From: Takakia lepidozioides
Lineage: Eukaryota; Plantae; Bryophyta
NCBI GenBank assembly: GCA_030704615.1
Contig: CM060734.1
Location: 13,144,001-13,208,000 of the forward strand
Length of the DNA: 64,000 nucleotides
Direction of reading: 5' to 3'
In this document: one piece after another, positions 63,413 through 64,000 of the stretch
Position numbering within the stretch: position 1 is the first letter of the stretch
How the letters are laid out: every line of letters begins with the position of its first letter
Position numbers and translations under genes: made by a program
The notes under the pieces: generated by a model
The model's database searches: none
What the model was told of the DNA's origin: nothing
The model's input: only the letters and a program-made list of their open reading frames with translations

Positions 63413-64000
63413 AGCCCCCAGGGTGGGGGCGGTGCTAGCCTGGAAGTGAGTTTTGAATGAGGTGATGTTGCGTAGGGGTAGTGATGAGAGGATCATGGGT
63501 TGGGGGGGTGGGGTGTGTAAGCTGTTGATGTGTATATGGCTCGTGAGATTTGAGGGGATTGCCACGTGGGTTTTCTGATAGAATCCGTCTATAAGGCTTA
63601 ATGAGAAGTAGTTTAGTCCGCCTTGTCTAGAATAGTGTTGGTCAGTAGGGATGTATTTAAGTTGATGTTGTGTAGTAAATTTAGCCCATTCATGCTCTGA
63701 TGGGGTGGGAGGTTTGTGTGCACCGTTGTATGTGTGACCCAGGAGGGCGTTGTCTCTGTTGAAGTCTCCTGCTAGTATGATATGGTGGTGCTGGTGTTCG
63801 GGGTTAGTGATTGTATTGGATATTGTGCTTAGTATTTCTGGTATAATTGGTAGGTCCTCTGTGTGGGATGGCATATATATATGGATGAGGATAATGGGGC
63901 ATAGGGCTGGTAGATGCAACTGGATAATTTGGAGATGGGAGCAGAGAGGAATGGGGATAGTGATTTTAGTGGTGGTGCTAGGGGAGTGGTGCATACGCAG
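63413..64000 (-). mobile_element. LINE fragment, APE endonuclease region
   Basis: IHIYMPSH..IILAGDFNRD..YSRQGG..SLIDGFY; C-rich coding strand. Confidence 0.8.

Overview
This is eukaryotic, repeat-dense nuclear DNA from a land plant, probably a non-seed plant (inferred from a beta-tubulin gene with the two canonical plant introns and PLS/DYW PPR remnants). The only clearly intact host gene is beta-tubulin (17034-18701). The rest is nested mobile DNA: a full-length Copia element in the tubulin 3' region, Gypsy fragments, a rearranged hAT, a pogo-like fragment, a SINE-like insert, LINE fragments and a ~9.5 kb segment carrying a kinase gene and a RING gene. The main finding is a group of Mutator-like (MULE) DNA transposons present in 5 copies or fragments. 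Their transposase has a GCM-type Zn domain, a DDE core and usually a SWIM finger. They carry a second, divergently oriented, intron-containing gene for a prokaryote/phage-style ParB-like domain plus a beta-class N6A/N4C DNA methyltransferase-like domain. The most complete copy (41084-52412) has imperfect TIRs, unusually long (14-17 bp) flanking direct repeats and 11 copies of a 20-bp palindrome in the introns of the ParB-MTase gene. Separately, a Dualen-like LINE fragment (RNase H + restriction-like endonuclease, with APE fragments nearby) carries a PCIF1/DIRS-like N6-adenine MTase-like domain. All domain calls are by-eye motif recognition; no searches were run.
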